Made by a program: the position numbers and the translations under genes | Assembly (NCBI GenBank): GCA_018825785.1 | Contig: JAHKAY010000029.1 | Span: 4,143 to 68,142 of the forward strand | Direction: 5' to 3' | Length of the DNA stretch: 64,000 nt | Source: Chloroflexota bacterium | Lineage (GTDB): Bacteria > Chloroflexota > Dehalococcoidia > JACVQG01 > JAHKAY01 | Notes under the pieces: model-generated | What the model was told of the DNA's origin: nothing | What the model saw: only the letters and a program-made list of their open reading frames with translations | Database searches by the model: none | In this document: one piece after another, positions 1-9,490 of the stretch | Layout of the letters: every line of letters starts with the position of its first letter | Numbering within the stretch: the first letter of the stretch is position 1

Positions 1-483
1 GGGGAGGAGCACCCGATGGTCCTCCGCCACCCGGTAGGCCAGGTATATCAGGTCAGCCGCTTCTTGATTGTTTTCCGCATAGAGCTGGATGGTCCCCGAA
101 TCCCTGAGGGAGAGGGAGTCCTGCTGGTCGTTCCAGATATTCAGGGGGGCCGACACGGCCCGGTTGACACAGGAAAGGACCACCGGCAGCCTCATCCCGG
201 CTATGTTGAAAAGCACCTCCCCCATGAGGAGAAGCCCCTGGGAGGAGGTGGAGGTGAAGGTCCGCACCCCCGTGGCCGAGGCCCCCAGGCAGACGGAAGC
301 CGCTGAGTGTTCGCTATCGGCGTTAACATACACCGATTTCAGCTCTCCGCTGGCCACCATATCGGCCAGCTCCGCAACGATATGGGTCTGGGGGGTGATG
401 GGGTAGGCGCAGATAACTGCCGGCCGGCAGAGGGCCACTGCCTGGGCCACCCCCTGGGAACCCTCTAGCATCCTTCGGGTCAT
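1..483 (-). CDS. porA: pyruvate:ferredoxin oxidoreductase alpha subunit (PorA), N-terminal part; gene runs off the window start
   Basis: Manual translation of the minus strand from the ATG at 483 gives [62 protein letters not shown]..., the classic PorA/VorA N-terminus. It lies directly downstream of porD and porG in canonical order. Confidence 0.8.
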   Translation of the reverse strand, partial: MTRRMLEGSQGVAQAVALCRPAVICAYPITPQTHIVAELADMVASGELKSVYVNADSEHSAASVCLGASATGVRTFTSTSSQGLLLMGEVLFNIAGMRLPVVLSCVNRAVSAPLNIWNDQQDSLSLRDSGTIQLYAENNQEAADLIYLAYRVAEDHRVLLP

Positions 484-491
484 TTCCCCTC

Positions 492-818
492 CTATGCCGT
501 GGACATGTGCCGGAACTCATCTTCATCGTAGAAGACGAAGACCCCCTGGGGGAGGCCCCCTTTTTCCGGCTCCATCTCAATATCGTCCACCGGGCAGACG
601 TCGGCACAGTTGCCGCAGCCCTTGCAGTATTCGTAGTCGGAATAATAGGTGTTGCGGCCGTTCCCGTAGATACATCCCTCGGGACAGGCCAGGGCGCAGA
701 GGTCGCAGGCGGTGCAGCGGATGTGGAGAAAATGGGGCCTCTGGTTGATGCGCCAGCTCCCTGTCTTGTTCTGGCGGCTGGTCCCTGGCAGGCCCACGAG
801 GCCCTTGGTCAGCTTCAT
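492..818 (-). CDS. porD: pyruvate:ferredoxin oxidoreductase delta subunit (2x[4Fe-4S] ferredoxin, PorD)
   Basis: 108 aa with two CxxCxxCxxxCP motifs ([24 protein letters not shown]). Sits between porG and porA with a 4-nt overlap. Confidence 0.85.
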   Translation of the reverse strand: MKLTKGLVGLPGTSRQNKTGSWRINQRPHFLHIRCTACDLCALACPEGCIYGNGRNTYYSDYEYCKGCGNCADVCPVDDIEMEPEKGGLPQGVFVFYDEDEFRHMSTA

Positions 819-1357
819 TTTACCATCCCCTTGGCAACGTTGTAGGCCATTCCCATAGCCCGGGCATTTTTCTGTCCCACCGCCCCGGGCCAGTGTGCCT
901 CCACCACCCGGATGAGGGCCTGCAGGGAGACCTCACCCGTGGCCGCGGCAAAGGCCCCCAGGAGGGCCGTATTGGCCCTGTCCGCCCGTCCCAGGACCTC
1001 CTCGGCTATCTTGCCCGCCGGCACCGTGATGACCCTGGCCTTGGTCTTCACCCCCAGCTCCTCGAGGCTGACGGGCGAGTTGATAATGCCCACCCCCTCC
1101 TCTTTGAGCCCGGCGAAGACATCAAAGCCCCGGATGAGTGTGGGGTCCAGGACGATGACATAGTCGGGCTCTTTTACCTGGCTCCTGTCCCTGATAGGCT
1201 CCCGGGCCAGGCGGACAAAGGCATTCATGGGGGCCCCCATCCTCTCTGCCCCGAAGGTGGGGAAGGCCAGGGACTCCATCCCCTCCTCAAAGGCCGCCGA
1301 GGCCAGGAGCATGGCGGTGGTGATGGCCCCCTGTCCTGCACGGGCATGGATGCGCAC
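815..1357 (-). CDS. porG: pyruvate:ferredoxin oxidoreductase gamma subunit (PorG)
   Basis: 180 aa beginning MRIHARAGQGAITTAMLLASAAFEEG, typical PorG/KorC. It is the first gene of the porGDA order. Confidence 0.85.
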   Translation of the reverse strand: MRIHARAGQGAITTAMLLASAAFEEGMESLAFPTFGAERMGAPMNAFVRLAREPIRDRSQVKEPDYVIVLDPTLIRGFDVFAGLKEEGVGIINSPVSLEELGVKTKARVITVPAGKIAEEVLGRADRANTALLGAFAAATGEVSLQALIRVVEAHWPGAVGQKNARAMGMAYNVAKGMVK

Positions 1358-1362
1358 CTCTT

Positions 1363-1839
1363 TCAGTTTGTCCCCCCCATCTGGGAGAGGAACTCGCTGA
1401 GCTGGAGCACATGTCCTCTCTCCTCGTCCATTATCCTGTCCACCACGGACCGGTCCTCACTCCTCACCAGGCCCCTCATCTCCCCGTAGAAAAGGATGGA
1501 GTCCTTCTCTATCCCGATGGCCGTGCGGACGGCCTCGCCCGGGGAGAGCTTCTGCGCCATCTCCCGGGCCTCCTGGGGGCTTTTGAAGACCCTTCCTGAA
1601 GCCAGAGTCTTGATATAGAGGGCCAGTTCCCCGTTGTAGCTTTCAGGGGCGGGGGCCTGGCCCAGGGAGTCCAGCATCCCCTGGAAAAGGCTCTCATGCC
1701 GCTTCTCCTGGCCCGCCAGATGTTCAAAGGTGGACCTGGCTTTCCCCGCCCGGGCCAGCTCCGAATAGAAGCTAAAACCGTTCCTTTCTATCTCTATGGC
1801 GGTCTCCAGCATCTCCCGGCCGGTGAAGAGAATGGACAT
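1363..1839 (-). CDS. rubrerythrin/ferritin-like diiron domain protein
   Basis: 158 aa with two ExxH-type motifs (EIERNGFSFY and DEERGHV) and repeated ferritin-like helices. Located in a redox gene cluster. Confidence 0.55.
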   Translation of the reverse strand: MSILFTGREMLETAIEIERNGFSFYSELARAGKARSTFEHLAGQEKRHESLFQGMLDSLGQAPAPESYNGELALYIKTLASGRVFKSPQEAREMAQKLSPGEAVRTAIGIEKDSILFYGEMRGLVRSEDRSVVDRIMDEERGHVLQLSEFLSQMGGTN

Positions 1840-1840
1840 C

Positions 1841-2755
1841 CTACACCCTTAACCTCTGGAGGTAGCGGTGGGCCTGGAGGGCCGCCTTGGCCCCCTCCCC
1901 GCAGGCCACAACAATCTGCTTCTCTGGCACATCCGTTACATCCCCGGCGGCAAAGAGGCCCGGGATGCCTGTTTCACAGCTCTTGTTCACTGGGACCTCC
2001 CCCTGGGCGTTGAGCTTCAACAGCCCGGCCACCGGGGCGGAGTTGGGCAGGAGGCCTACTTCCACCAGGACCCCCTTCACCTCCAGGCGCTTTTCCTCCC
2101 CGCTCTTGAGGTCCCGGACAAGGATGGCCTCTACCTGCTCCTTCCCCAGGACTTCCTCTGTGCGGTGCTCGGTGAGGATGGTGAGGTTTGGGGCCGCTGA
2201 GGCGTTTTCTATGAGGATGGGGTCGGCGGTTAAGGGGGTTAGGGAGACCAGATAGATCTGTGGGGAAAGCCGGAGCATATCCTGGACCGCCGCCAGGGCG
2301 GAGTTCCCCCCGCCGATGATGGCCACCTTCTCCCCGGAGAATACAGGCCCATCGCAGACAGAGCAGTAGGTCACCCCCCGCCCCCGCAGCCTCTCCTCGC
2401 CTTGGACACCCAGTTCCCGGGACCTTTTCCCCGTGGCGAACAGGACCGCCTTGGCCCTGTAGGTGAGGCCGCCGTCCGTTACTGCCTCCAGGCCCCCTTC
2501 TATCTGGCGGATGTCATTTACCTTTATCCCCAGCTTAACCTCAATGGGATATTGTTTAAGCTGAGTTTCAAACTTTTCCATCAGTTCTGGGCCTTCAACG
2601 AACTGGTAGCCCATGTAGTTCTCCACCCGCAGGTTCTCGTTTACCTGTCCCCCCAGCTCGGAGGCCACCAGGACGGTGGAGAGCTTCTTCCTGGCGGCAT
2701 ACACGGCGGCGGTCATCCCCGCTGGTCCCCCGCCGATGATGAGGAGCTCATACAT
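1841..2755 (-). CDS. trxB: thioredoxin-disulfide reductase-like FAD/NAD(P) oxidoreductase
   Basis: 304 aa with an N-terminal GGGPAG FAD motif, the redox-active CSVCDG motif and a second GGGNSA dinucleotide fold. Its stop abuts the rubrerythrin-like gene. Confidence 0.8.
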   Translation of the reverse strand: MYELLIIGGGPAGMTAAVYAARKKLSTVLVASELGGQVNENLRVENYMGYQFVEGPELMEKFETQLKQYPIEVKLGIKVNDIRQIEGGLEAVTDGGLTYRAKAVLFATGKRSRELGVQGEERLRGRGVTYCSVCDGPVFSGEKVAIIGGGNSALAAVQDMLRLSPQIYLVSLTPLTADPILIENASAAPNLTILTEHRTEEVLGKEQVEAILVRDLKSGEEKRLEVKGVLVEVGLLPNSAPVAGLLKLNAQGEVPVNKSCETGIPGLFAAGDVTDVPEKQIVVACGEGAKAALQAHRYLQRLRV

Positions 2756-2779
2756 CGCTTCTTCTCAAAGAGGAGATAG

Positions 2780-3022
2780 CTATTTCTGGGCCAGGAGCCT
2801 ATCCCTCAGGACGGGCTCATTGAACCCGATGACAACTTCCCCATCAATATCAATCACCGGTACGCCCATCTGCTGGGACTTGCGGATCATTTCGTGGCGG
2901 GCATCGTGGTCCGAGGCCACATCCTTTTCCTCATAGGCCAACTGGTTTTCCTGGAGGAATTTTTTGGCCCGGTGGCACCAGGGGCAGGTGGGGGTGGTAT
3001 AGATGGTCACTTTTGGGGCCAT
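2780..3022 (-). CDS. glutaredoxin-like protein (NrdH/YruB-type, CPWC active site)
   Basis: 80 aa with TCPWCHRAKKFL and the VPVIDIDGEVVIGF thioredoxin fold, adjacent to the trxB-like gene. Confidence 0.7.
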   Translation of the reverse strand: MAPKVTIYTTPTCPWCHRAKKFLQENQLAYEEKDVASDHDARHEMIRKSQQMGVPVIDIDGEVVIGFNEPVLRDRLLAQK

Positions 3023-3189
3023 GGTCCTCCTCCCGATGGGGCGGAGATACCACAGCTCCTGGTATCGGAAGCCTTCATCTTGGCCTTTATCTCCTCAATG
3101 AGTTTCAGGGCCCCTTCGGCATCCTTGTCCAGGGCGATGCGGGCCAGCTCCTGCAAGTCCTCCTCGTTGAAGGTAAAGGTCTTCTTCAT
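3007..3189 (-). CDS. small hypothetical protein (FNEEDLQELARI motif), paralog of the ORF at 12683
   Basis: 60-aa ORF overlapping the glutaredoxin start by 16 nt. Its N-terminal motif resembles the small ORF in the ars operon. Confidence 0.35.
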   Translation of the reverse strand: MKKTFTFNEEDLQELARIALDKDAEGALKLIEEIKAKMKASDTRSCGISAPSGGGPWPQK

Positions 3190-3214
3190 GTTGCCTCCTT
3201 AGATAGATGAATTA

Positions 3215-3901
3215 TTATACCCCATTCTGAGAGAGGAAAGAAGTGCAGATGTCCTTCACCGGGCAGGGGGGACAGCGGGGCTTCTTTCGACAGAGCTCCT
3301 TGCCGTGGCGCACCAGGAGGGCATGGTATTCATTGAACAGCCCTTCCTTGGGGGGCAGGTCTTCCATGAAGAACCCCTGCCAGCGCCGGTAGCTATCCCC
3401 CCCTGGCCCCAGGCCCAGCCGGGAGAAGATGCGCCGGGTATAGGCATCCACTACAAAGACGGGCCTGCGGCCGGCATAGAGCAGGATGGAGTCTGCTGTC
3501 TCCTCCCCGATGCCGTGGACCTCCAGGAGCTTCTCCCTGAGGCCGGGGGTGGCTTCTGAAAAGAGCCCTGCCAAGTCATCGCCGTAGCGCCCCACGAATT
3601 CAGCCAGGGCCTTGAGCTTGCTTGCTTTGGCCTGGTAGTAGCCCGAGGGCCGGATGAGGGCGGCCAGTTCCTGATGGGTAAGCTCCCTCAAGGCCCGGGG
3701 GGCGAGGGCCCCTGCCCCTTTCAGGTTGACCAGGGCCTTTTCCACATTGACCCAGGCGGCCGCCTGGGTGAGGATAGCCCCCGCCATCACCTCCCAGGGG
3801 GTCTCCGCCGGCCACCACTGCTGGGGCCCGTAGTGGCCGTACAGCCGGCGGTATATCTCCAGCAGGGCCTCCCTAGAGCCGGACGGGTATCTCCTGCTCA
3901 A
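3215..3901 (-). CDS. HhH-GPD family DNA glycosylase / endonuclease III-related protein
   Basis: 228 aa with the HGIGEETADSILLYA helix-hairpin-helix and GPD region, plus C-terminal cysteines (CPPCPVKDIC). Confidence 0.7.
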   Translation of the reverse strand: MSRRYPSGSREALLEIYRRLYGHYGPQQWWPAETPWEVMAGAILTQAAAWVNVEKALVNLKGAGALAPRALRELTHQELAALIRPSGYYQAKASKLKALAEFVGRYGDDLAGLFSEATPGLREKLLEVHGIGEETADSILLYAGRRPVFVVDAYTRRIFSRLGLGPGGDSYRRWQGFFMEDLPPKEGLFNEYHALLVRHGKELCRKKPRCPPCPVKDICTSFLSQNGV

Positions 3902-4013
3902 TGGCTGACTCCCCCATCATAGCCCTTCCGTTGACAGCTTCTATCTTTGGCCCGATATACATTGCCGGCTTTCGGGCCGGTGGGACGGGGTGTGGCGATG
4001 GACGGGCTGGAGG

Positions 4014-5276
4014 CTAGACGTCCTTGATGGTGGCCAGGAACTCGGCGTTGGAACCGGTGCGGGCCAGCCTCTCCAGGAGCCTCTCGGTGGCCTCGGAGGG
4101 GTTGTTGGAGTCAGAGGCCACGAGGGCCACCATCCGCCGGAGGAGCCAGACCTGCTTTACGGTCTGCTCGTCCAGGAGGAGTTCCTCCCGGCGGGTGCCG
4201 CTGCGCAGGATGTCTAGGGCGGGAAAGATGCGCTTTTCCGCCAGTCTCCTGTCCAGGTGGAGCTCCATGTTCCCCGTCCCCTTGAACTCCTCGTAGATAA
4301 GGTCATCCATCCGGCTCCCGGTGTCCACCAGGGTAGTGGCGATGATGGTGAGGCTCCCCCCCTCCTCGGTATTCCGGGCGGCACCGAAGAAGCGTTTGGG
4401 GGGATAGAGGGCGACTGAGTCAATGCCCCCGGAAAGCGTTCGGCCACTAGGGGGCATGGCCAGGTTATAGGAGCGGGTGAGGCGGGTAATGCCATCCAGG
4501 AGCATGACCACGTCCTTGCCCAGCTCCACCAGGCGCTTGGTGCGCTCCAGGGCCAGCTCTGCCACCCGGGTGTGGGTCTCCACCGGCTCATCAAAGGTAG
4601 CCGCCACAACCTCCCCCTTCACCGAGCGCCTCATGTCGGTGACCTCCTCCGGCCGCTCCCCGATGAGAAGGACCATAAGGTGGATATCGTTGTAGTTGGT
4701 GGTGACAGCATTGGCAATCTGTTTGAGGAGCACGGTCTTGCCCGCCTTTGGGGGGGAGACGATGAGGCCCCGCTGCCCCCTCCCGATGGGGGCGATAAGG
4801 TTCATGAGGCGGGTGGTCAGGTTCTGGGGGCTGGTCTCCAGGTTGAGGAGCTTGTTGGGGAAGATGGCGGTAAGGCCGCCAAAGTGGGGCCGGCTCTTGG
4901 CCTGCTCCGGGTCAATGCCGTTGACCGCTTCCACCCGTAGCAGGCTGTGGTATTTCTCCCCCTCCTTGGGAGGCCTTACCTGGCCTGTGACCTGGTGCCC
5001 CGTCCTCAGCCCAAAACGCCTTATCTGGGAAGGGGAGACATAGACATCGGTGATGGAGGGGATGTAGTTCTGCCCCCTCAGGAACCCATAGCCCTCGTCC
5101 ATTATCTCCAGAATGCCGCTGGAGAAGATAAGGCCCTGCTGCTCCGTCTGGGCCTGAAGGAGGCGGAGGATCAGGTCCTGCTTCCTGAGGGCGCCATAGC
5201 CGGTAATCCCCAGCTCCTTGGCGATTTCCAGTAGCTCTTCCCGGGTTTTGGTTTCCAGTCCGACCAAGTTCATCAT
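4014..5276 (-). CDS. rho: transcription termination factor Rho
   Basis: 420 aa with an N-terminal Rho domain, an RNA-binding OB fold and a RecA-like ATPase Walker A ([12 protein letters not shown]). The start ATG overlaps the pyrG stop (ATGA). Confidence 0.95.
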   Translation of the reverse strand: MMNLVGLETKTREELLEIAKELGITGYGALRKQDLILRLLQAQTEQQGLIFSSGILEIMDEGYGFLRGQNYIPSITDVYVSPSQIRRFGLRTGHQVTGQVRPPKEGEKYHSLLRVEAVNGIDPEQAKSRPHFGGLTAIFPNKLLNLETSPQNLTTRLMNLIAPIGRGQRGLIVSPPKAGKTVLLKQIANAVTTNYNDIHLMVLLIGERPEEVTDMRRSVKGEVVAATFDEPVETHTRVAELALERTKRLVELGKDVVMLLDGITRLTRSYNLAMPPSGRTLSGGIDSVALYPPKRFFGAARNTEEGGSLTIIATTLVDTGSRMDDLIYEEFKGTGNMELHLDRRLAEKRIFPALDILRSGTRREELLLDEQTVKQVWLLRRMVALVASDSNNPSEATERLLERLARTGSNAEFLATIKDV

Positions 5277-6910
5277 CTTCTGCTCTCCTTTTCTAGGGGA
5301 AGTTGGGCCCCTTCCACCAGCACCTCCTTGGCCACCCCGATAAACTCCCGAAAGAGGGGGTGGGGGCGGTTGGGGCGAGAACGGAACTCGGGGTGAAACT
5401 GGGTGCCCAGCATGAAAGGATGGTGGACCACCTCTGCTATCTCTACCAGCCGGCTATCGGGGGAGAGGCCGCCGGCCACCAGCCCTGCCCTCTCCATCTC
5501 CTCGCGGTAGCAGCTGTTGAACTCAAAGCGATGGCGATGGCGCTCGTAGACCAGGGGCTCCCCGTAGGCCCGATAGGCAATGGTCCCCGGCACCAGCTTG
5601 CAGGGATAGGAACCCAGGCGCATGGTGCCCCCTTTCTGCTCCACCCCCCGCTGTTCCGGCATCAGGTCAATAATGGGGCAGGCGGTGACAGCGTCAAACT
5701 CGGTGGAATTGGCCGTGGGATATCCCAGGACGTGGCGGGCAAATTCAATCACCAGCACCTGCATCCCCAGGCAGAGGCCCAGATAGGGCACAGAGTTCTC
5801 CCGGGCATACTGGGCGGCTCGGACCATCCCCTCAATCCCCCGGTAGCCAAAACCCCCCGGCACCACAACCCCCTGTACCTGCCTCAGCAATCCTGCCCCG
5901 TCCTTCTCCAGGTCTTCGGAGTGGACCCAGAGGATGGAGACATCGCGGTTGTGGTAGAGCCCGGCATGGGCCAGGGCCTCCCGCACCGAGAGATAGGCGT
6001 CCTTCAGCTCCACATACTTGCCCACCAGGGCAATGGTGACGGTCCCCTTGGGTGCCTTGCTCTTCTCTACCAGTTTCCGCCACTCGGAAAGGTCCCGGGT
6101 GGTGGGGGTAAGAGCCAGCCTTTCCGCTATCAGCTCCCCCAGCCCCGCATCTTCCAGGAGAAGGGGGACCTCATAGATGGTAGAAACCGTGGGCAGGGGG
6201 ATGACCGCCCCGGGTTCCACATCGCAGAAGAGGGAGACCTTGTCCCTCACCCCCGGTGGCACGGGGTGGTCACTGCGGCAGAGGATGACATCCGGCTGGA
6301 TGCCGATGCGGCGCAGCTCGTTGACGCTGTGCTGGGTGGGCTTGGTCTTGAGTTCCCCGGTGGCGGAAATGTAAGGCAGGAGGGTGATATGGATATAGAG
6401 GACGTTGTCGCGGCCCACCTCTTTCCGCATCTGCCGGATAGCTTCCAGGAAGGGCAGTCCCTCAATATCCCCCACCGTCCCCCCCACCTCCACGATGACC
6501 ACCTGTGCCTCCGTTTTTTCCCCTATTCCCTTTATCCGCCCCTTTATCTCATTGGTCACATGGGGGACCACCTGGATGGTTCCCCCCAGGAAGTCCCCCC
6601 GCCTCTCCCGGCCCAGGACGGCGCTGTATATCTGTCCTGTGGTCACATTGGAGGCGTTGGTGAGGTCCACATCAATGAAGCGCTCGTAGTGGCCCAGGTC
6701 CAGGTCTGTCTCCGCCCCATCCTGGGTGACAAAGACCTCTCCATGCTGGTAGGGGGACATGGTCCCCGGGTCCACATTGAGATAGGGGTCCAGTTTCTGG
6801 ACTGTCACGGAAACCCCCCGGCTTTTGAGGATGCGGCCTATTGAGGCGACGGTGACCCCCTTGCCCACCGAGCTCACCACCCCTCCGGTCACAAAGATAT
6901 ATCTAGTCAT
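5273..6910 (-). CDS. pyrG: CTP synthase
   Basis: Conserved [19 protein letters not shown]-terminus and a C-terminal glutamine amidotransferase domain (GLCLGMQ). The ORF is open back to 6964, but the conserved start is the ATG at 6910. Confidence 0.93.
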   Translation of the reverse strand: MTRYIFVTGGVVSSVGKGVTVASIGRILKSRGVSVTVQKLDPYLNVDPGTMSPYQHGEVFVTQDGAETDLDLGHYERFIDVDLTNASNVTTGQIYSAVLGRERRGDFLGGTIQVVPHVTNEIKGRIKGIGEKTEAQVVIVEVGGTVGDIEGLPFLEAIRQMRKEVGRDNVLYIHITLLPYISATGELKTKPTQHSVNELRRIGIQPDVILCRSDHPVPPGVRDKVSLFCDVEPGAVIPLPTVSTIYEVPLLLEDAGLGELIAERLALTPTTRDLSEWRKLVEKSKAPKGTVTIALVGKYVELKDAYLSVREALAHAGLYHNRDVSILWVHSEDLEKDGAGLLRQVQGVVVPGGFGYRGIEGMVRAAQYARENSVPYLGLCLGMQVLVIEFARHVLGYPTANSTEFDAVTACPIIDLMPEQRGVEQKGGTMRLGSYPCKLVPGTIAYRAYGEPLVYERHRHRFEFNSCYREEMERAGLVAGGLSPDSRLVEIAEVVHHPFMLGTQFHPEFRSRPNRPHPLFREFIGVAKEVLVEGAQLPLEKESRR

Positions 6911-7149
6911 AAATAGCTGAGGGCCGCCTCCATAGTCAATACTGCTTCCCGTTTCCTTCGCCAAACTAAGAGAATTCCTTGATGATTCTAAAGGGGGACA
7001 ACCCGTTTATTCTAATTCTAGGGTCCCATCCCTCCCTTGTCAAGAGCAGAAGGCCGCCAGGGGGCTTCCGCCAGAGATGCGAGCCTGGCGGCCTGGCAGC
7101 TCTCCCTGTGAACATCGGGTGATGGGGGGGCGCACAAATTTCCTGAAAG

Positions 7150-7683
7150 ATGTGCTATAATCCCTGCGTGAAGGTTTTGGCCACAGCTATAATCGCGATT
7201 GCCCTGCTCCTGGGGGGGTGTGGCTCTCCCACCCCGACACCTATGGCCACTTCGACCCCTACACGCACTCCTACACCCACCTCCTCCCCTACACCCATGG
7301 CAACTTCGACATCTACACGCACCCCTACGCCCACCTCCTCTCCTACACCCACGCCAGGGCCTAGCCCCACGGCTACTCCCTCTACAGCTGCGGACACAAC
7401 ACCGCCCATCATCAGCGATATCAAAATCCTGGATATTTCTATGACCCACATAGACATTGGCTGGAAAACCAATGAGCCAGCCACCACCCAGGTGGAGTAT
7501 GGCCTGACTCTCGAATACGGTTCTATGACTCCACTCTACCCAGACCTGGTTATCAACCATGGTGTAACCCTGGAGAAGCTCTTGGACCTTACCAACTATC
7601 ACTTCAGGGTCAGGTCGAAAGACGCTGCAGGCAACGAAGCCATATCCGAAGACCATGTTCAAGCCACCTACTACCATATTTGA
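7150..7683 (+). CDS. lipoprotein with PT-rich linker and fibronectin type III-like domain
   Basis: Signal peptide with lipobox LLLGGCGS, a tandem [18 protein letters not shown] repeat, and a C-terminal beta-rich FN3-like domain. The likely true start is the GTG at 7168, giving MKVLATAII. Confidence 0.65.
   Translation: MCYNPCVKVLATAIIAIALLLGGCGSPTPTPMATSTPTRTPTPTSSPTPMATSTSTRTPTPTSSPTPTPGPSPTATPSTAADTTPPIISDIKILDISMTHIDIGWKTNEPATTQVEYGLTLEYGSMTPLYPDLVINHGVTLEKLLDLTNYHFRVRSKDAAGNEAISEDHVQATYYHI
7237..7344 (+). repeat. tandem 54-bp coding repeat (2 copies) encoding the PT-rich linker
   Basis: acacctatggccacttcgacccctacacgcactcctacacccacctcctcccct is repeated with about 85% identity immediately downstream. 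Confidence 0.7.
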
Positions 7684-7802
7684 CCCCGCATAAGCTCCGT
7701 CTCCTGAAATCCCCCTCTATTTCCCTGGCAAACTCCCCCTGAACAGCGCCTCAGCGGGTTGGAGGCTTTGTCTGTGCTCCTGTTTGTGATAGAATACAAG
7801 CC

Positions 7803-8768
7803 GTGGCCAAGGCGGCGAAGGTAGAAGCTCCGGAGGTCAAGCGTGAAGCTCGCCTGGAGATGGTGAGTGGGGAGGGGTGCACCTGGCTCAATGTGGAAAA
7901 GCCCACCCACAAGGAGCTGGACTACCTGGCCCAGTACTATCCCTTCCACCCCATGGACCTGGATGACTGCATCTCCCGCATCCAGCTTTCCAAGCTGGAC
8001 GAATACCCCGACTACCTCTTCGTCATCCTCCATTTCCCACTGTTTAACAAGCGGGCCCGGTTCACCACCGCCAGCCAGGTTTCCGTCTTTGTAGGGAGAG
8101 ACTTCCTGGTGACAGTACATTCCGGGGACCTGAAGCCCCTGGTCAACCTCTTTAAGGAGTGCCAGGAGAAGGAAGAATCCCGTCAGGAATACCTGGGGAA
8201 GGACCCGGGATTCCTTCTCTACCGGCTGGTGGATGCATTGGTGGACTTCAGTCTCCCCATGATGGACAAGATCCTGGCCAACCTGGAGCGGGTGGAGGAC
8301 GAGGTCTTTGACACAACGGTGGATGCGGCCCAGGAGGTGGCCGTTCTGAGGCGGGACATCGCTGCCCAGCGGCGCATCTTCTGGCCCATGAAGGCGGTGT
8401 TGGCCGAGCTGGAGCAGAAGGCCCAGCGCTTTACCAAGGTGGACCTGAAGGTATATTTCGGCGACATCAACGACCACCTCAGCCGTATCTGGGGCACACT
8501 GGAGGAGGCCAAGGAAACAGTAGAGATATACAAGGACACGGACTTTGTCCTCGGCCAGGACCGCCTGCAGAGGATCATGGCTATCTTGACCATGATCATT
8601 GCCATCACCCTTCCCTTCAGCGTTATCTCCTCCATATACGGTATGAATATACCCCTCCCCGGTTCCGGCTCCTCGGGGCACCCTTGGGTAGGGCTGGTCC
8701 TTATCTTGCTCATGACTGCCGCTGCCGTGGGCCTCATCTTCTTCTTCCGGCGCCGCCGCTGGATATAG
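7803..8768 (+). CDS. corA: magnesium/cobalt transporter CorA
   Basis: C-terminal YGMNIP (GMN) motif, two transmembrane helices and a basic tail (FFFRRRRW). Confidence 0.85.
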   Translation: MAKAAKVEAPEVKREARLEMVSGEGCTWLNVEKPTHKELDYLAQYYPFHPMDLDDCISRIQLSKLDEYPDYLFVILHFPLFNKRARFTTASQVSVFVGRDFLVTVHSGDLKPLVNLFKECQEKEESRQEYLGKDPGFLLYRLVDALVDFSLPMMDKILANLERVEDEVFDTTVDAAQEVAVLRRDIAAQRRIFWPMKAVLAELEQKAQRFTKVDLKVYFGDINDHLSRIWGTLEEAKETVEIYKDTDFVLGQDRLQRIMAILTMIIAITLPFSVISSIYGMNIPLPGSGSSGHPWVGLVLILLMTAAAVGLIFFFRRRRWI

Positions 8769-8774
8769 CCTAAT

Positions 8775-8867
8775 CCCCGTGAAAGATTCGCTTCGCCCTT
8801 TTTCATGGGGCCCCCTAAGACAAGAAAGCAGACCCGGGGTCCCCTGAAAAACGGAGTTTTTCAGGGG
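8775..8867 (+). repeat. two-hairpin intergenic element, copy 1 (hairpin 1 at 8775-8810, hairpin 2 at 8841-8867)
   Basis: Near-identical to 17521-17614. Hairpin 2 is cccctgaaaaac-gga-gtttttcagggg, and its 3' arm carries the Shine-Dalgarno of yhhQ (ATG at 8876). Confidence 0.6.
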
Positions 8868-8875
8868 GTTCGCGT

Positions 8876-9490
8876 ATGACGGCGGCCATCCTCCTCAGCG
8901 GCATATACATTGCCTGCGAGCTGATAGCCAATGTCACCGCCTCAAAGCCTGTAGCGGTGGGTGGTATTGTGGTGCCTGCCGCCGTCTTTATCTATGCCCT
9001 GACCTTCACCCTGGTGGACCTCATCAACGACCGGCTGGGCAAAGACGGGGCCAGGAAGGTGGTCTATACCGCTTTTGCCGCCAATATCCTCTTGGCGGGC
9101 TATATCCAGTTTTCCGTAAACCTACCCCCCGCCCCCTTTTACCAAGGGCAGGAGGCCTTCCGGGCGGTCCTGGGGTCCACCCCCCGGATTGTGGCGGCCA
9201 GCCTGACCGCCTATATCATCTCCAGCCTCATTGACATAGAGGTCTTTGCCTGGTGGCGGGAGAGGGTGGGGAGGTACCGCTGGGCCCGGGTCCTGGCCTC
9301 CAACGCCGTTTCCACCCTGGTGGACAGCATCGTTTTCATCACCGCTGCCTTCTGGGGGGTCTTCCCCGTCCTGCCCCTTATTCGGGGGCAGTATATCGTG
9401 AAGATGGCGGTGACGGGGGTGAGCCTGCCCCTTATCTACCTGGTGAGGGCGGCCCGCCCTGCCCCGGCCCGGGAGGCGGGATGGAAGTAG
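8876..9490 (+). CDS. yhhQ: queuosine precursor transporter (YhhQ/COG1738, VUT family)
   Basis: 204-aa polytopic membrane protein with the YhhQ-family pattern (VVYTAFAANILLAGY ... STLVDSIVFI). Confidence 0.75.
   Translation: MTAAILLSGIYIACELIANVTASKPVAVGGIVVPAAVFIYALTFTLVDLINDRLGKDGARKVVYTAFAANILLAGYIQFSVNLPPAPFYQGQEAFRAVLGSTPRIVAASLTAYIISSLIDIEVFAWWRERVGRYRWARVLASNAVSTLVDSIVFITAAFWGVFPVLPLIRGQYIVKMAVTGVSLPLIYLVRAARPAPAREAGWK

Noticed and set aside
5303-6844. 513-aa ORF on the + strand
   Set aside because: It is fully antisense to the well-supported pyrG. The product is low-complexity and P/G/H-rich, as is typical of ORFs opened by high GC. No motif.
7237-7344. CRISPR-like repeat
   Set aside because: It is a coding tandem duplication inside a PT-rich linker. 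There are only 2 units and no spacers.
7671-8681. 336-aa minus-strand ORF, and a 219-aa ORF at 7018-7677
   Set aside because: Antisense to corA and the lipoprotein. Low-complexity.
8841-8875. preQ1 riboswitch upstream of yhhQ
   Set aside because: YhhQ genes are often preQ1-regulated. However, the hairpin (12-bp stem, 3-nt loop) does not fit the preQ1-I or preQ1-II consensus, and the identical element precedes ymdB, which is unrelated to queuosine.
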